Positions 8,717 to 18,933 of a stretch of 64,000 bases of DNA are shown here, in pieces. Both the position numbers and the translations under genes were made by a program. This stretch comes from an uncultured Rickettsiales bacterium (GTDB taxonomy: Bacteria; Pseudomonadota; Alphaproteobacteria; Rickettsiales; CANDYO01). The notes below the pieces were generated by a model. That model saw only the letters and a list, made by a program, of their open reading frames with translations, was not told where the DNA came from and did no database searches. Every line of letters starts with the position of its first letter. Position 1 is the stretch's first letter. The stretch covers positions 27,775 to 91,774 of the forward strand of contig CAZJZY010000003.1 in assembly GCA_964550685.1 (NCBI GenBank), read 5' to 3'.

Positions 8717-10393
8717 ATGAGCTTTGATATAAAAAAACATAAGAACGACCTAATTTTTATTCCATTAGGGGGAGCTGGTGAAATTGGCATGAATGTCAAT
8801 TTATACCAATATAAAGGTCAATGGCTGATGGTAGATTTAGGCGCCGGCTTTACAGATGATTATTTTCCAGGCGTAGATCTTATGGTGGCTGAAATAGAAT
8901 ATATCAGTAAACAAAAAGATAAGCTTCTTGGTATAGTATTAACTCACGCACATGAAGATCATTTAGGGGCTGTTCAATATCTTTGGAAAGAGCTGCGTTG
9001 CCCAATTTATACTACTAAATTCACTGCAAATTTTTTAAGAGCTAAGCTTAAAGAAACTGATTTTGGCAGAGATATAAAAATTATTGAGATAGATCCCAAT
9101 AACATAACTCAAATTGGTCCATTTGCAATTGAGACCGTCCCCCTAAGTCATTCAACTCCTGAAATGCAATCTCTAATGATTCGAACTGATTTAGGTAACA
9201 TATTCCATACTGGGGATTGGAAGTTTGATCATAATCCATTAATTGGCGATCCTAATGACCAAGAATTATTAGCTAAATTAGGCAAAGAAGGCGTATTAGC
9301 AATGATTGGCGATTCAACCAATGTGTTTAATGACACATACTCGGGCTCTGAAGGCGATCTACGTGAGAGCATTATTGAGTTGGTTAAAGGTTGTAAAAAA
9401 ATGGTAGTGGTTACTACTTTCGCCTCTAATGTAGCCAGAATGGAAACTATTTTAAAAGCCGCAGAAGCAGCTGGGCGCAAAGTGGTGATGGCTGGAAGAA
9501 GCCTCTGGAGGGTTCTTGAAGCCGCACAAGCAAGCGGATATCTATTAGACATACCTCCTGTATTACGCGCTGATCAAATGGGCAACATAAAGCGTGAGAA
9601 ATTATTGGTTATGTCCACTGGTTGTCAAGGCGAACCGATGGCCGCCACCACTAAAATGGCTAATGGCACCCACCCTAACTTAAAATTATTACCAGATGAT
9701 ACAATAATTTTTTCATCAAAAATTATTCCTGGGAATGAGAAGAAAATTTTTAGATTATTAAATCAATTAATTGCTCAGAAAATAGAAGTCTTCACAGAAA
9801 AGGAACATTTTGTTCATGTGTCTGGACATCCTTCACAAGGAGAATTAAAACTAATGTATGAGTTAATTCGTCCACAAGTTGCTGTACCAGTTCATGGTGA
9901 ATTAATGCATATTCACGAACACATCCGCCTGGCCAAGTCTTGGGGAGTGCCGCACGCAGTGCAAGTTGCTAATGGAGATGTTATTAGACTGGCCCCAGGG
10001 GAGGCTAAAGTAATTGATAAAGTTGAATCTGGATATTTAGGAATTGATGGTCACTTCTTATTGCCTGGCAACTCAAGTATCCTAAAAGCACGTCGTCGCT
10101 TACAAGAATCAGGGGTAGTATTTATTGTTCTAATGTTAAATGATAAAAATAAAATGGTAATGCCTCCAGTAATTAGAGCCCCAGGAGTGTTAGACATGGA
10201 AGAAGATATCGTTATCATCACTAAGATAGCTAAAGAAGTGCACAAAGCCCTAGGGAGCTTTATGGAAATAGTTTCTTACAAGAAACAAAGAGAAGACGTG
10301 GTTGAATCAACTGTGCGCACTGCTGTACGCAGCGTTTTAAAGCAAGAAGTTGGTAAATCACCCATGATAGAGGTAGAGCTAGTTTATTTATAA
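8717..10393 (+). CDS. rnj: Ribonuclease J (metallo-beta-lactamase / beta-CASP RNase)
   Basis: 558 aa with the MBL motif LTHAHEDHLGA and beta-CASP and C-terminal domains. It sits directly after nuoN, as in many alphaproteobacteria. Confidence 0.9.
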   Translation: MSFDIKKHKNDLIFIPLGGAGEIGMNVNLYQYKGQWLMVDLGAGFTDDYFPGVDLMVAEIEYISKQKDKLLGIVLTHAHEDHLGAVQYLWKELRCPIYTTKFTANFLRAKLKETDFGRDIKIIEIDPNNITQIGPFAIETVPLSHSTPEMQSLMIRTDLGNIFHTGDWKFDHNPLIGDPNDQELLAKLGKEGVLAMIGDSTNVFNDTYSGSEGDLRESIIELVKGCKKMVVVTTFASNVARMETILKAAEAAGRKVVMAGRSLWRVLEAAQASGYLLDIPPVLRADQMGNIKREKLLVMSTGCQGEPMAATTKMANGTHPNLKLLPDDTIIFSSKIIPGNEKKIFRLLNQLIAQKIEVFTEKEHFVHVSGHPSQGELKLMYELIRPQVAVPVHGELMHIHEHIRLAKSWGVPHAVQVANGDVIRLAPGEAKVIDKVESGYLGIDGHFLLPGNSSILKARRRLQESGVVFIVLMLNDKNKMVMPPVIRAPGVLDMEEDIVIITKIAKEVHKALGSFMEIVSYKKQREDVVESTVRTAVRSVLKQEVGKSPMIEVELVYL

Positions 10394-10397
10394 TAAG

Positions 10398-10913
10398 CTA
10401 AATAGTGGCTTTTAATAAAGATGATATTTGCGGTATATCTTTCAATTGCTCAACTATTAACTCTTCTCCAGCTTGGTTATTATTTATGATTCTTGCACCT
10501 TCCATAGGTTGAAAAAACTGCCTCATCGAAGAAGCGTAATCAGGCATAATCCAATCACCTCGCTTAACTAAGCGTTGATAAATAACTTCGTCATTAGCAT
10601 CTACTTGAAGAAATATCAATTCCTGCGAGGAAAAATGTTTTTGTATCGTTTCCCTATTTTTTTTACGATATAAAGCCTGGCTAATCACAAGATGTTGGTG
10701 CTTTGCATTAAGCCTTTCAATATTTGCTATAATATTAGATGTAAGATTTTCTAACATTCCTAAGGTGAATATTTTTTTCTCACTGACATATTGCTTCATG
10801 TCTCCTGAAAGCCATTGATCTGCATCCTCGTGATAAAAATTAAAGTACCTGCTTATAACTTTCCCAACATAAGTTTTACCAGATGCAGCTAAACCAAAAA
10901 CAACAATAATCAT
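10398..10913 (-). CDS. Small P-loop kinase (gluconokinase/shikimate-kinase-like AAA_33 type)
   Basis: 171 aa with an N-terminal Walker A, VVFGLAASGKTYVG. Substrate unknown. Confidence 0.6.
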   Translation of the reverse strand: MIIVVFGLAASGKTYVGKVISRYFNFYHEDADQWLSGDMKQYVSEKKIFTLGMLENLTSNIIANIERLNAKHQHLVISQALYRKKNRETIQKHFSSQELIFLQVDANDEVIYQRLVKRGDWIMPDYASSMRQFFQPMEGARIINNNQAGEELIVEQLKDIPQISSLLKATI

Positions 10914-11024
10914 CTATACCAACCTTTGAAATAATCATCTTAGATTATTTATGATATCTAATACATATAATTTTAGATTAACGCAAGGAAAAATGAAAAC
11001 CAACTATATTAAAATAGAAGAGTT

Positions 11025-12713
11025 CTAAAATCTAAAAGATTTACTTCCCATAATTCCAAGAATAGTTTTAGATTCATATTCTATTCCGTCTATTCTATAA
11101 TTTTCTTTCATAGGTTGAGCAATTTCTAATTCTATATTAGCATCATGAGCCAACATAAACCTAAGTCCAGCTCCATAAGAATCAAGATGAGAAATATTAG
11201 TATTACCATATTGCTTCCCGACATAGCCCATATCACGAAATATATATGGTTGAATCACTTGAAATAAAGGATAATCTTCCATTGCTTTGCTATATCTTAA
11301 TTCAATAGATGAAGCAAATAATTTATTTCCACTTAATGTTCCAGATGCATAGCCTCTTCCAAAATCTCTTCCTCCTAAGAAGAACACTTCTTGATCCGGC
11401 AAATAATCATCAGAATGGCCAGCCATAATACGTGAAAAGATACTAAAATTATTAGGCAAAGATTGATCTCTATACATATTTAATGTTGTCATATTAAAAC
11501 GGCTGTCTGGAACGTCTTGTGAATCAGTATAATTCCTAAATTCACCGCCAAGGCCCTGAGAGAAGGCCAAGTTGACGTAGTTACTACCGCCAGCACTATC
11601 TGCAGACATATAATTCAACATAGTGCTGCCAACCCAATATCTTGATTCTATATCTATTCTAGCATAAGGGCGTATCAAATCTGGTAACCTTTGTCCTCTA
11701 CGAGTTGGCCTTGCTATATCAATATCCGCCGTATATCCTTTTGTAGTTTTATAAACAGCTCCTATTTCCCCTTCAAAAGTTTGATTCTCATCAAGATATA
11801 ACGGATGATTAAAAGAAGCATTGTAAGCATTATTTATCCCGTCTTTAACCGGTATGGTATCTTCTTGAGAGCTATTATCTGCAGAATGAGAGATACCTAA
11901 ATTTAAGCTGGTTCCATAGTTGTTGATTATCCTATTATAATTAGTTCCAACTGAATAAAAATGATCTGGATGATTGGTGGTTACGCCATATGTAGTCCAA
12001 GAATCATTGCCTCCAAAAGGAGAAAATACTTGAGCGGACACAACATTTTGCATCTGACCAAGATCAATGTCTCCATAGCTATCAGAGCTAGTATAGATTT
12101 CTGCTTTAGCCTTGGCGATAGTTAAAGCTAAATCCACCTCTCCATCTTCTGTAGGCCTAAATTCGTACTGCACCTGATATCCAGGAATTCTATTCATCAA
12201 AGCTATATATTTTTGGAAATTTTTTATCTTGGCTGGTCTTTCTGCTAAAATTTGTTTTATATATTCATCTATTAAAAGATTCTCTTTCTCATTAGTATAA
12301 ATTATTACATTGTTAATATTAGTCATTTTTACATTAATATTTAGGAAACCTTTTTCTAGATCTTGCTGAACAATAGTAACTTGAGGAAATAAATAATCTT
12401 GCTTTGTAAAATAGTCGATTATTTCCTCAGTTATACTATCTAGTGATATATTTTTACCAATATATTTGATATAAAGAGAATCAAAATTTTCTTGCTCCTT
12501 ATCCTGGACAATAACCTGCATTCTTTTGATCAAAAAATTAGAGTTATCAGTATTCTCAGCGCTATATACATTAATAGAGCATAACAAAATTAATAATAGT
12601 ATATATTTAATAATTGATTTAATCATTATAGTTCTAAAACTTTTACCTGAACTCATATTATAAAGATAGTGTACACAAATTGCTACACGCAATGCAATCA
12701 TTAGTTTGTGCAA
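11025..12713 (-). CDS. Two-partner-secretion outer-membrane transporter (TpsB; ShlB/FhaC/HecB family)
   Basis: N-terminal POTRA-like region and a C-terminal beta-barrel with the FFLGGRDFGRGY loop-6 motif, ending in ...SFRF. The likely true start is Met30 (ATG at 12626), which gives the signal peptide MIKSIIKYILLLILLCSINVYSAEN. Confidence 0.85.
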   Translation of the reverse strand: MHKLMIALRVAICVHYLYNMSSGKSFRTIMIKSIIKYILLLILLCSINVYSAENTDNSNFLIKRMQVIVQDKEQENFDSLYIKYIGKNISLDSITEEIIDYFTKQDYLFPQVTIVQQDLEKGFLNINVKMTNINNVIIYTNEKENLLIDEYIKQILAERPAKIKNFQKYIALMNRIPGYQVQYEFRPTEDGEVDLALTIAKAKAEIYTSSDSYGDIDLGQMQNVVSAQVFSPFGGNDSWTTYGVTTNHPDHFYSVGTNYNRIINNYGTSLNLGISHSADNSSQEDTIPVKDGINNAYNASFNHPLYLDENQTFEGEIGAVYKTTKGYTADIDIARPTRRGQRLPDLIRPYARIDIESRYWVGSTMLNYMSADSAGGSNYVNLAFSQGLGGEFRNYTDSQDVPDSRFNMTTLNMYRDQSLPNNFSIFSRIMAGHSDDYLPDQEVFFLGGRDFGRGYASGTLSGNKLFASSIELRYSKAMEDYPLFQVIQPYIFRDMGYVGKQYGNTNISHLDSYGAGLRFMLAHDANIELEIAQPMKENYRIDGIEYESKTILGIMGSKSFRF

Positions 12714-12782
12714 TAATGATTTTGACTACTGCAACTATTAAATATATAATTTGATAGTATCATAAATTTAAGGAGAGTTTTT

Positions 12783-15452
12783 ATGTTATTTGGCAAAGAT
12801 AATTTAGGCGTTAAGCGTCCTCTGTGTATAGATGGGAAAACTTATCAATATTTTAGCTTAAAGGAAGCTGGTAAAAAATTATCCACCGATTTAGCAAAGA
12901 TGCCTTTCTCTCTAAAAGTTATTTTAGAGAATTTACTTCGATTCGAAGATGGACGAGTGGTAACTATTGATGACATAAAAGCTTGTGTTGCCTGGTTAAA
13001 AAATCAGAAAATTGACCATGAAATAGCTTATACACCTGCAAGGGTTTTAATGCAGGATTTTACAGGCGTTCCAGCAGTAGTAGATTTAGCCGCTATGCGT
13101 GATGCAATTATAGCTTTAGGTGGGAATCCAATAAAAATTAACCCCCTCTCTCCTGTGGATTTAGTGATAGACCATTCAGTACAAGCTGACAAAGCTGGTG
13201 ATAATTCAGCTTTTAAAGAGAATGTGGTTATAGAAATGGAGCGTAATTTTGAACGCTATGAGTTCTTGCGTTGGGGGCAAAAGGCCTTCAGTAATTTCCG
13301 AGTTGTTCCTCCAGGAACAGGAATCTGCCATCAAGTAAATTTAGAATATTTATCGCAAGTGGTTTGGCTTAAAGAAGATTATGCTTATCCTGATACTTTA
13401 GTTGGAACAGACAGTCATACTACTATGGTTAACGGTTTAAGTGTTTTAGGATGGGGGGTTGGAGGCATCGAGGCTGAGGCCGTAATGCTTGGTCAACCGA
13501 TGTCGATGCTTATTCCTGAAGTAATTGGAGTAAAACTGACTGGTAAAATGAAAGAAGGCACTACCGCCACTGATTTAGTTCTTACTCTCACAGAAATGCT
13601 TCGTAAAAAGGGAGTAGTAAATAAATTTGTTGAATATTATGGCCCAGGACTAGATCATTTACCTTTAGCTGATAGAGCAACAATTGCCAATATGGCTCCT
13701 GAATATGGTGCAACTTGTGGGTTTTTTCCTGTAGACAAGGAAACTATTCGCTATTTAGAACTATCTTCTCGTGAGCCACATCGAATAAAATTAGTTGAAG
13801 AATACTCAAAAGCGCAAGGCTTATGGAGAGATTCTAATACTATCGACCCGATATTTAGTGATAATTTAGAATTAGATTTGGGCAGTATCTCGCCTAGTAT
13901 TGCTGGACCTAAACGCCCTCAAGATAGAGTGCTTCTTTCTCAAGGTCCTGAGTCTTTTACAAAAGAATTACCCTCTATGGCTAAAACTAATCAAAGCTTA
14001 GAAAAAAATTCATTAGTTGAAGGAGAAAAATATAAATTAGCTAACGGTGATGTGGTGATCGCGGCTATTACCAGCTGTACTAATACTTCAAATCCTAGTG
14101 TAATGTTGGCAGCTGGTTTAGTAGCTAAAAAAGCTATTGAGCTAGGTTTAAAGCCTAAACCATGGGTAAAAACTTCTTTAGCCCCAGGCTCAAAAGTTGT
14201 CACCGAATATCTAGAAATGAGTGGATTACAGAAGTATCTTGATCAGATAGGATTTAATTTGGTTGGATATGGATGTACTACCTGCATTGGCAATTCTGGC
14301 CCTCTGCAAAAAGAAATAGAAGATTCAATAAGCAAAAATGATTTAGTTGCAGTGGCGGTGCTATCTGGAAACCGTAATTTCGAAGGAAGAATTCACCCTC
14401 TTGTAAAAGCAAGCTATTTAGCTTCCCCTCCCTTAGTTGTGGCTTATGCTTTAGCAGGGTCTATGCAAATTAACTTAACTAAAGATTCCTTAGGGCAAGA
14501 TCAGAATGGAAAAGATGTATATTTAAAGGACATCTGGCCAAGTAACCATGAAATTCAAGAAATAATGAATCAATCGGTTAAAGCTAATATGTTTAAAGAA
14601 AAATATGCTGACGTCTTCACCGGAGATGAAGAATGGAAAAAAATAAAAGTAGATGAGGGTATGAATTTTGCTTGGAAAGATAATAGCACTTATGTGGCTA
14701 ATCCTCCATATTTTACAAATATGTTAAAAACTCCTGGAAAACTATTTGACATTCATGGAGCTAAACTTCTAGCTTTATTTGGCGATAGCATCACCACTGA
14801 TCATATCTCGCCAGCTGGAAATATTTCTAAAAATAGTCCAGCAGGACAATATCTTATGAATAGAGGAGTTCAACCTAAAGATTTTAATTCTTATGGCACC
14901 AGACGCGGCCATCATGAAGTTATGATGCGCGGAACTTTCGCCAATATTAGAATAAAAAATATGTTAGCTCCAGGTACAGAAGGTGGGGTAACTAGATATC
15001 TCCCTACAAATGAAGTGATGAGTATTTATGATGCCGCAATGAAATATAAACAAGATAATAGATCATTAATTATTATGGCTGGCAAAGAATATGGCACAGG
15101 ATCTTCCAGAGATTGGGCGGCTAAAGGAACTCTATTACTTGGAGTTAAAGCAGTAATTGCTGAAACTTTTGAAAGAATTCATAGATCAAATCTAGTTCTA
15201 ATGGGCGTATTGCCCCTAACCTTCAAAGATGGGATAACGCATAAAGCTCTAAATCTTGATGGCTCTGAAGAATTTAGCATTGAAGGAATTAGTGGCAACA
15301 TCACTCCTAAGATGGATGTAATCTGTAATATTAAAAGGACAAATGGAGTTACTGATAAAATTACCCTGCAATGCCGTATTGATACAGAGAATGAAATAGA
15401 TTATATTAAGCATGGCGGAATATTACAATACGTCATAAGAGGATTGCTGTAG
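12783..15452 (+). CDS. acnA: Aconitate hydratase A
   Basis: 889 aa with VVDLAAMRDA, GTDSHTTM, ITSCTNTSNP, CTTCIGNSG and GSSRDWAAKG, the canonical aconitase/IRP motifs. Confidence 0.96.
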   Translation: MLFGKDNLGVKRPLCIDGKTYQYFSLKEAGKKLSTDLAKMPFSLKVILENLLRFEDGRVVTIDDIKACVAWLKNQKIDHEIAYTPARVLMQDFTGVPAVVDLAAMRDAIIALGGNPIKINPLSPVDLVIDHSVQADKAGDNSAFKENVVIEMERNFERYEFLRWGQKAFSNFRVVPPGTGICHQVNLEYLSQVVWLKEDYAYPDTLVGTDSHTTMVNGLSVLGWGVGGIEAEAVMLGQPMSMLIPEVIGVKLTGKMKEGTTATDLVLTLTEMLRKKGVVNKFVEYYGPGLDHLPLADRATIANMAPEYGATCGFFPVDKETIRYLELSSREPHRIKLVEEYSKAQGLWRDSNTIDPIFSDNLELDLGSISPSIAGPKRPQDRVLLSQGPESFTKELPSMAKTNQSLEKNSLVEGEKYKLANGDVVIAAITSCTNTSNPSVMLAAGLVAKKAIELGLKPKPWVKTSLAPGSKVVTEYLEMSGLQKYLDQIGFNLVGYGCTTCIGNSGPLQKEIEDSISKNDLVAVAVLSGNRNFEGRIHPLVKASYLASPPLVVAYALAGSMQINLTKDSLGQDQNGKDVYLKDIWPSNHEIQEIMNQSVKANMFKEKYADVFTGDEEWKKIKVDEGMNFAWKDNSTYVANPPYFTNMLKTPGKLFDIHGAKLLALFGDSITTDHISPAGNISKNSPAGQYLMNRGVQPKDFNSYGTRRGHHEVMMRGTFANIRIKNMLAPGTEGGVTRYLPTNEVMSIYDAAMKYKQDNRSLIIMAGKEYGTGSSRDWAAKGTLLLGVKAVIAETFERIHRSNLVLMGVLPLTFKDGITHKALNLDGSEEFSIEGISGNITPKMDVICNIKRTNGVTDKITLQCRIDTENEIDYIKHGGILQYVIRGLL

Positions 15453-15463
15453 AAGGTTTTTCT

Positions 15464-15838
15464 ATGAGACACAAAAAAAAATCATTACGCAGCATAGATG
15501 ATTTTATTCATGTTGCAGAGAGTTGCCTTGAGATACAAAATAGGCAAAATCCACTGGAAATTGCTAATTTTATTGAAGATTTTCAAGAAGAATTAAGATC
15601 AGATACAACCGAACAAATGCAAACAGACAATAATCCTTATATGAGCAATAGCCCTAGTATGGATGATGATTTTTTAGGTGGAGTTAGCTCCTCTGCTCCC
15701 ATTCTTGAAAGTGAGAACTACCCCTCTCATTGGGAGAGAGATGTCCTCCCCTCTGAAGATTATTTAGATAAAGAAAGCAGAAAATTAAACTTAGAAACTC
15801 TTTTTTTTCCTTTAAAACTGAAAAAAACTAGTAAATAA
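15464..15838 (+). CDS. Hypothetical acidic protein (124 aa)
   Basis: Starts 12 nt after the acnA stop. Low-complexity acidic, Ser/Asp-rich centre. No family recognised. Confidence 0.45.
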   Translation: MRHKKKSLRSIDDFIHVAESCLEIQNRQNPLEIANFIEDFQEELRSDTTEQMQTDNNPYMSNSPSMDDDFLGGVSSSAPILESENYPSHWERDVLPSEDYLDKESRKLNLETLFFPLKLKKTSK

Positions 15839-15973
15839 ATATTTTTATTTAATTTTATTAAAAATTATTGCACTTGACTCTATTTCTTGGTTAGCTTATA
15901 TTAAAATATAAACTTGTTACCTGTTATATCTTTTGTAGTAATTAAAGAGAGCATAAATTTGTAGGCATTCCTA

Positions 15974-16756
15974 ATGAATTCAATAAAAACAAAAATATTA
16001 ATTACTTTAATTGCCTTTCTATGTACTTCATGTGCAAATGTTAACAATGCTAAAATTGACCTCAAAACATTAAACAGCAATCCGGACAAATTTGGCATTA
16101 CAGTTTTTAGAGCTATATATGTTAAAGAGGCTAAAATAGTTGATGCATTTGAAAACAATCAAGCATTACCAAAACAAGAATTAAGTAGCGTCTATATTAA
16201 TGTCAAAAAGAACATTACTCCAGGAGAAAATAACAAGAAAGAAGAATATATAATTAGCCCAACTATGACTGAGGAATCCCCAGAACATCAAAAATTATTT
16301 ATTACCACTTCATACAATGAGAAAGATGAAAAAGTTATCAGTATAAATCCTGACTATTTTTATGCTGTAAAAATGCTTCCTGAGGGAAATTATTATGTAA
16401 ATTCGATAATAATACATAAGGGTATTATACGCCTTGAACAAAATTTTGATATTAAAAACTCTCCAATCAGCTTTAGTGTAAAAGCTAATAAAATTAATTA
16501 CTTAGGTGATCTATTTTTATTTGCCCCCGAAAAAGTTAGCACTATGTTGCCAGCTTATAAATTAAAAACAAAGCTTTTTAATAAAGAAACTGAGACACAA
16601 GACTTTCTTAGACAGTACCATCCTAAAATAGATTTGCTTTTTTATAATAATTTAATTAATAATAAAAAAGATGAGATAACATTAGATTATGTAGACACTA
16701 TACATGGTGGACTTTTAGGTAATATAATCTCTTCAGCTATTGACAGTACATTCTAA
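15974..16756 (+). CDS. Hypothetical lipoprotein (260 aa)
   Basis: N-terminal signal peptide with a lipobox-like LITLIAFLCTSC. No family recognised. Confidence 0.55.
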   Translation: MNSIKTKILITLIAFLCTSCANVNNAKIDLKTLNSNPDKFGITVFRAIYVKEAKIVDAFENNQALPKQELSSVYINVKKNITPGENNKKEEYIISPTMTEESPEHQKLFITTSYNEKDEKVISINPDYFYAVKMLPEGNYYVNSIIIHKGIIRLEQNFDIKNSPISFSVKANKINYLGDLFLFAPEKVSTMLPAYKLKTKLFNKETETQDFLRQYHPKIDLLFYNNLINNKKDEITLDYVDTIHGGLLGNIISSAIDSTF

Positions 16757-16839
16757 GTACTTAACAGATAAAGTATATTCATAAAATAAATTAAAAATAA
16801 TTTCTAGAAATTAGTTTATTCTCAAAATTTAAGGTGGAA

Positions 16840-16872
16840 TAATATAAATTCCCCTAGAAAATATCCAGGGGA
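16840..16872 (-). terminator. Candidate intrinsic terminator of the rpsB-tsf unit
   Basis: GC-rich 6-bp stem tcccct/agggga (16850..16872) about 15 nt after the tsf stop, followed on the minus strand by atttatatt. Confidence 0.4.
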
Positions 16873-16887
16873 TAGGGACTGTATAAC

Positions 16888-17811
16888 TTAATTAGTCATT
16901 GAAGCAACTTCAGCAGCAAAATCTGTCTGAGTACGCTCAATTCCTTCACCAAGTTCATATCTTATAAATGCTTTAAGAGTTATAGATGCGCTAATTTCTT
17001 TAGCAGCCTCTGCTAGAACTTGAGAAATAGGAGTTTTATTATCCATAACAAAAATTTGCTCAAGCAATACTGTTTCTTGATAATATTTCTTTACTCTTCC
17101 TTCAACCATTTTTTCAATTATATTTTCAGGCTTTCCAGAAGCCCTCGCTTGCTCAGAGAAAATTTGCTTCTCACGCTCTAAAGCTTCTGGGTTAACTGAA
17201 GTGATGTCCAAACTTTCAGGGCGGGCAGCGGCAACATGCATAGCAATACGCTTACCTAAGTCTAATAACTTATTTTTATCGCCAGTTGATTCTAATGCAA
17301 CCAACACGCCAATTTTTCCTAAGCCGTCAGAAATAGCATTGTGAACATAAGATGAAACTACGCCTTGATCTACATTGAGATAATTAACTCTACGTAAATT
17401 CATATTTTCGCCAATAACCGCAATATGATCTGTAATAGATTCAGAGATCGTTTGTGATCCTTCAGGATATTTAGCGTTTTTTAGTGCTTCAATATCTTTA
17501 TTGCTGTCCATCGCAACTTTAACAATGTTACGAGCTAAAGTCTGGAATTTATCATTTCTAGCTACAAAGTCAGTTTCAGCATTTAATTAAACAACCGCTG
17601 CCCTATTTCCATCTACTGCAACTGCTACCAATCCCTCTGCCGCTTCACGACCAGATTTTTTAGCTGCTGCTGACAAACCTTTCTTACGCAACCAATCAAC
17701 CGCTTCTTCAAAAACGCCATTGCATTCAACTAACGCTTTTTTACAATCCATCATTCCTGCACCAGATTTCTCACGTAATTCTTTGACTAATCCTGCTGTA
17801 ATTTCAACCAT
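16888..17811 (-). pseudogene. tsf: Elongation factor Ts interrupted by one in-frame TAA (codon 75). Either an apparent pseudogene, a sequencing error, or a read-through gene
   Basis: ORFs 17587..17811 (UBA-like N-terminus [27 protein letters not shown]) and 16888..17511 are in the same frame. Translating across 17587..17589 gives ...NRAAVV*LNAETDFVARNDKFQ..., colinear with a roughly 307-aa EF-Ts. Confidence 0.85.
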
Positions 17812-17812
17812 A

Positions 17813-18709
17813 TTATACCTCTTTTTTCTTTGTCGTTGCCTTTTTAACTACAGGCTTATCTTCTTTGTTTTCTTCTAATTTCTTAACAGAAGTTTTTGTG
17901 GATTTCTTCTTCTCATCTTTATTTTCAGCCTTATTAAGCTGAAGCACACCAGATAAATCAGCCATAGCGCCAATATCAACACCTGAAGCCACTAAAGATT
18001 CTTGTAGACCATATAAAATAGTATCAGCCACTAACCGACAATATAACTTAATTGCCCTAGTTGCATCATCATTACCTGGAATAGGATATGTAATATGATC
18101 TGGATTAGAATTACTATCCAAAATTGCGATTACAGGAATACCAAGCTTTTTAGCTTCTTGAATAGCAAGTTCTTCCATATTAGTGTCAATTACAAATAAT
18201 AAATCAGGAACACCTCCCATTTCTCTAATTCCACCAAGGGATTTTTCTAATTTTTCGATCTTACGAGTGATATCTAATCTTTCTTTTTTGGTGAATTTTA
18301 ATTTGTCTGAGTTTTCATCTGCAATGTCAGCATCAGCTATAGATTTTTCTAATTCATGTAATTTTTTAATAGAGCGATTAATGGTAGGCCAATTAGTTAA
18401 CATTCCACCTAACCAACGGTGATTTACATAATATTGACCACATCTTTTAGCTTCTTCAGAAATAACGTCTGAAGCTTGCATTTTTGTACCAACAAATAAG
18501 ATGCGACCATTGCTTTTAGATACATCATATAGTTTTTCTAGAGCTCCATGTAATAAAGGTAAAGTTTGTTGCAAATCTATAATATGCACACCATCTTTTA
18601 TTCCATAAAGATATGAACTCATTTTTGGGTTCCAACGCATAGTTTTATGACCAAAGTGAACACCAGCTTCAATTAATTCGCTAATGGTAATAGAGGGAAG
18701 TTTTCTCAT
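17813..18709 (-). CDS. rpsB: 30S ribosomal protein S2 with a Lys-rich C-terminal tail
   Basis: 298 aa with [25 protein letters not shown] and [13 protein letters not shown] motifs. Immediately upstream of tsf. Confidence 0.96.
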   Translation of the reverse strand: MRKLPSITISELIEAGVHFGHKTMRWNPKMSSYLYGIKDGVHIIDLQQTLPLLHGALEKLYDVSKSNGRILFVGTKMQASDVISEEAKRCGQYYVNHRWLGGMLTNWPTINRSIKKLHELEKSIADADIADENSDKLKFTKKERLDITRKIEKLEKSLGGIREMGGVPDLLFVIDTNMEELAIQEAKKLGIPVIAILDSNSNPDHITYPIPGNDDATRAIKLYCRLVADTILYGLQESLVASGVDIGAMADLSGVLQLNKAENKDEKKKSTKTSVKKLEENKEDKPVVKKATTKKKEV

Positions 18710-18933
18710 TAAATAAGTCTCCGGTTAAAGTTTAAACATCCATAAAACATCATTAATCTAAAAACTAGACTAACACTTTAAATATAAGGTTTCATGGGCT
18801 AGATTTATGCTATAAATTTAGCATAGGACGATAAGTTAATATAACCTGATGTTCTTGTCAAGAAAAACCGAATTTGCTAAGATTTAAGAAAAAGATTCTA
18901 TAAACACATAAATCTTCAGCTATCAATGAAAAT

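Noticed and set aside
7817-10245. Antisense ORFs 7817..8074 (in nuoN) and 9229..9552 and 10051..10245 (in rnj)
   Set aside because: They lie opposite strongly supported genes with no recognisable domains.
13991-14203. 70-aa ORF antisense to acnA
   Set aside because: Shadow ORF inside a highly conserved gene.
15901-16158. 85-aa minus-strand ORF overlapping the lipoprotein gene start
   Set aside because: The plus-strand ORF is three times longer and has a signal peptide and lipobox. The minus ORF has no features.
16798-16813. Perfect 16-bp palindrome TAATTTCTAGAAATTA downstream of the lipoprotein gene
   Set aside because: The stem is AT-only and there is no T-tract. This is weak evidence for a terminator or binding site.
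17584-17592. Alternative genetic code (TAA reassigned) as an explanation for the tsf stop
   Set aside because: TAA clearly terminates many well-delimited genes in this window (for example nuoM, rnj and plsX) at the expected protein lengths, so global reassignment is not supported.
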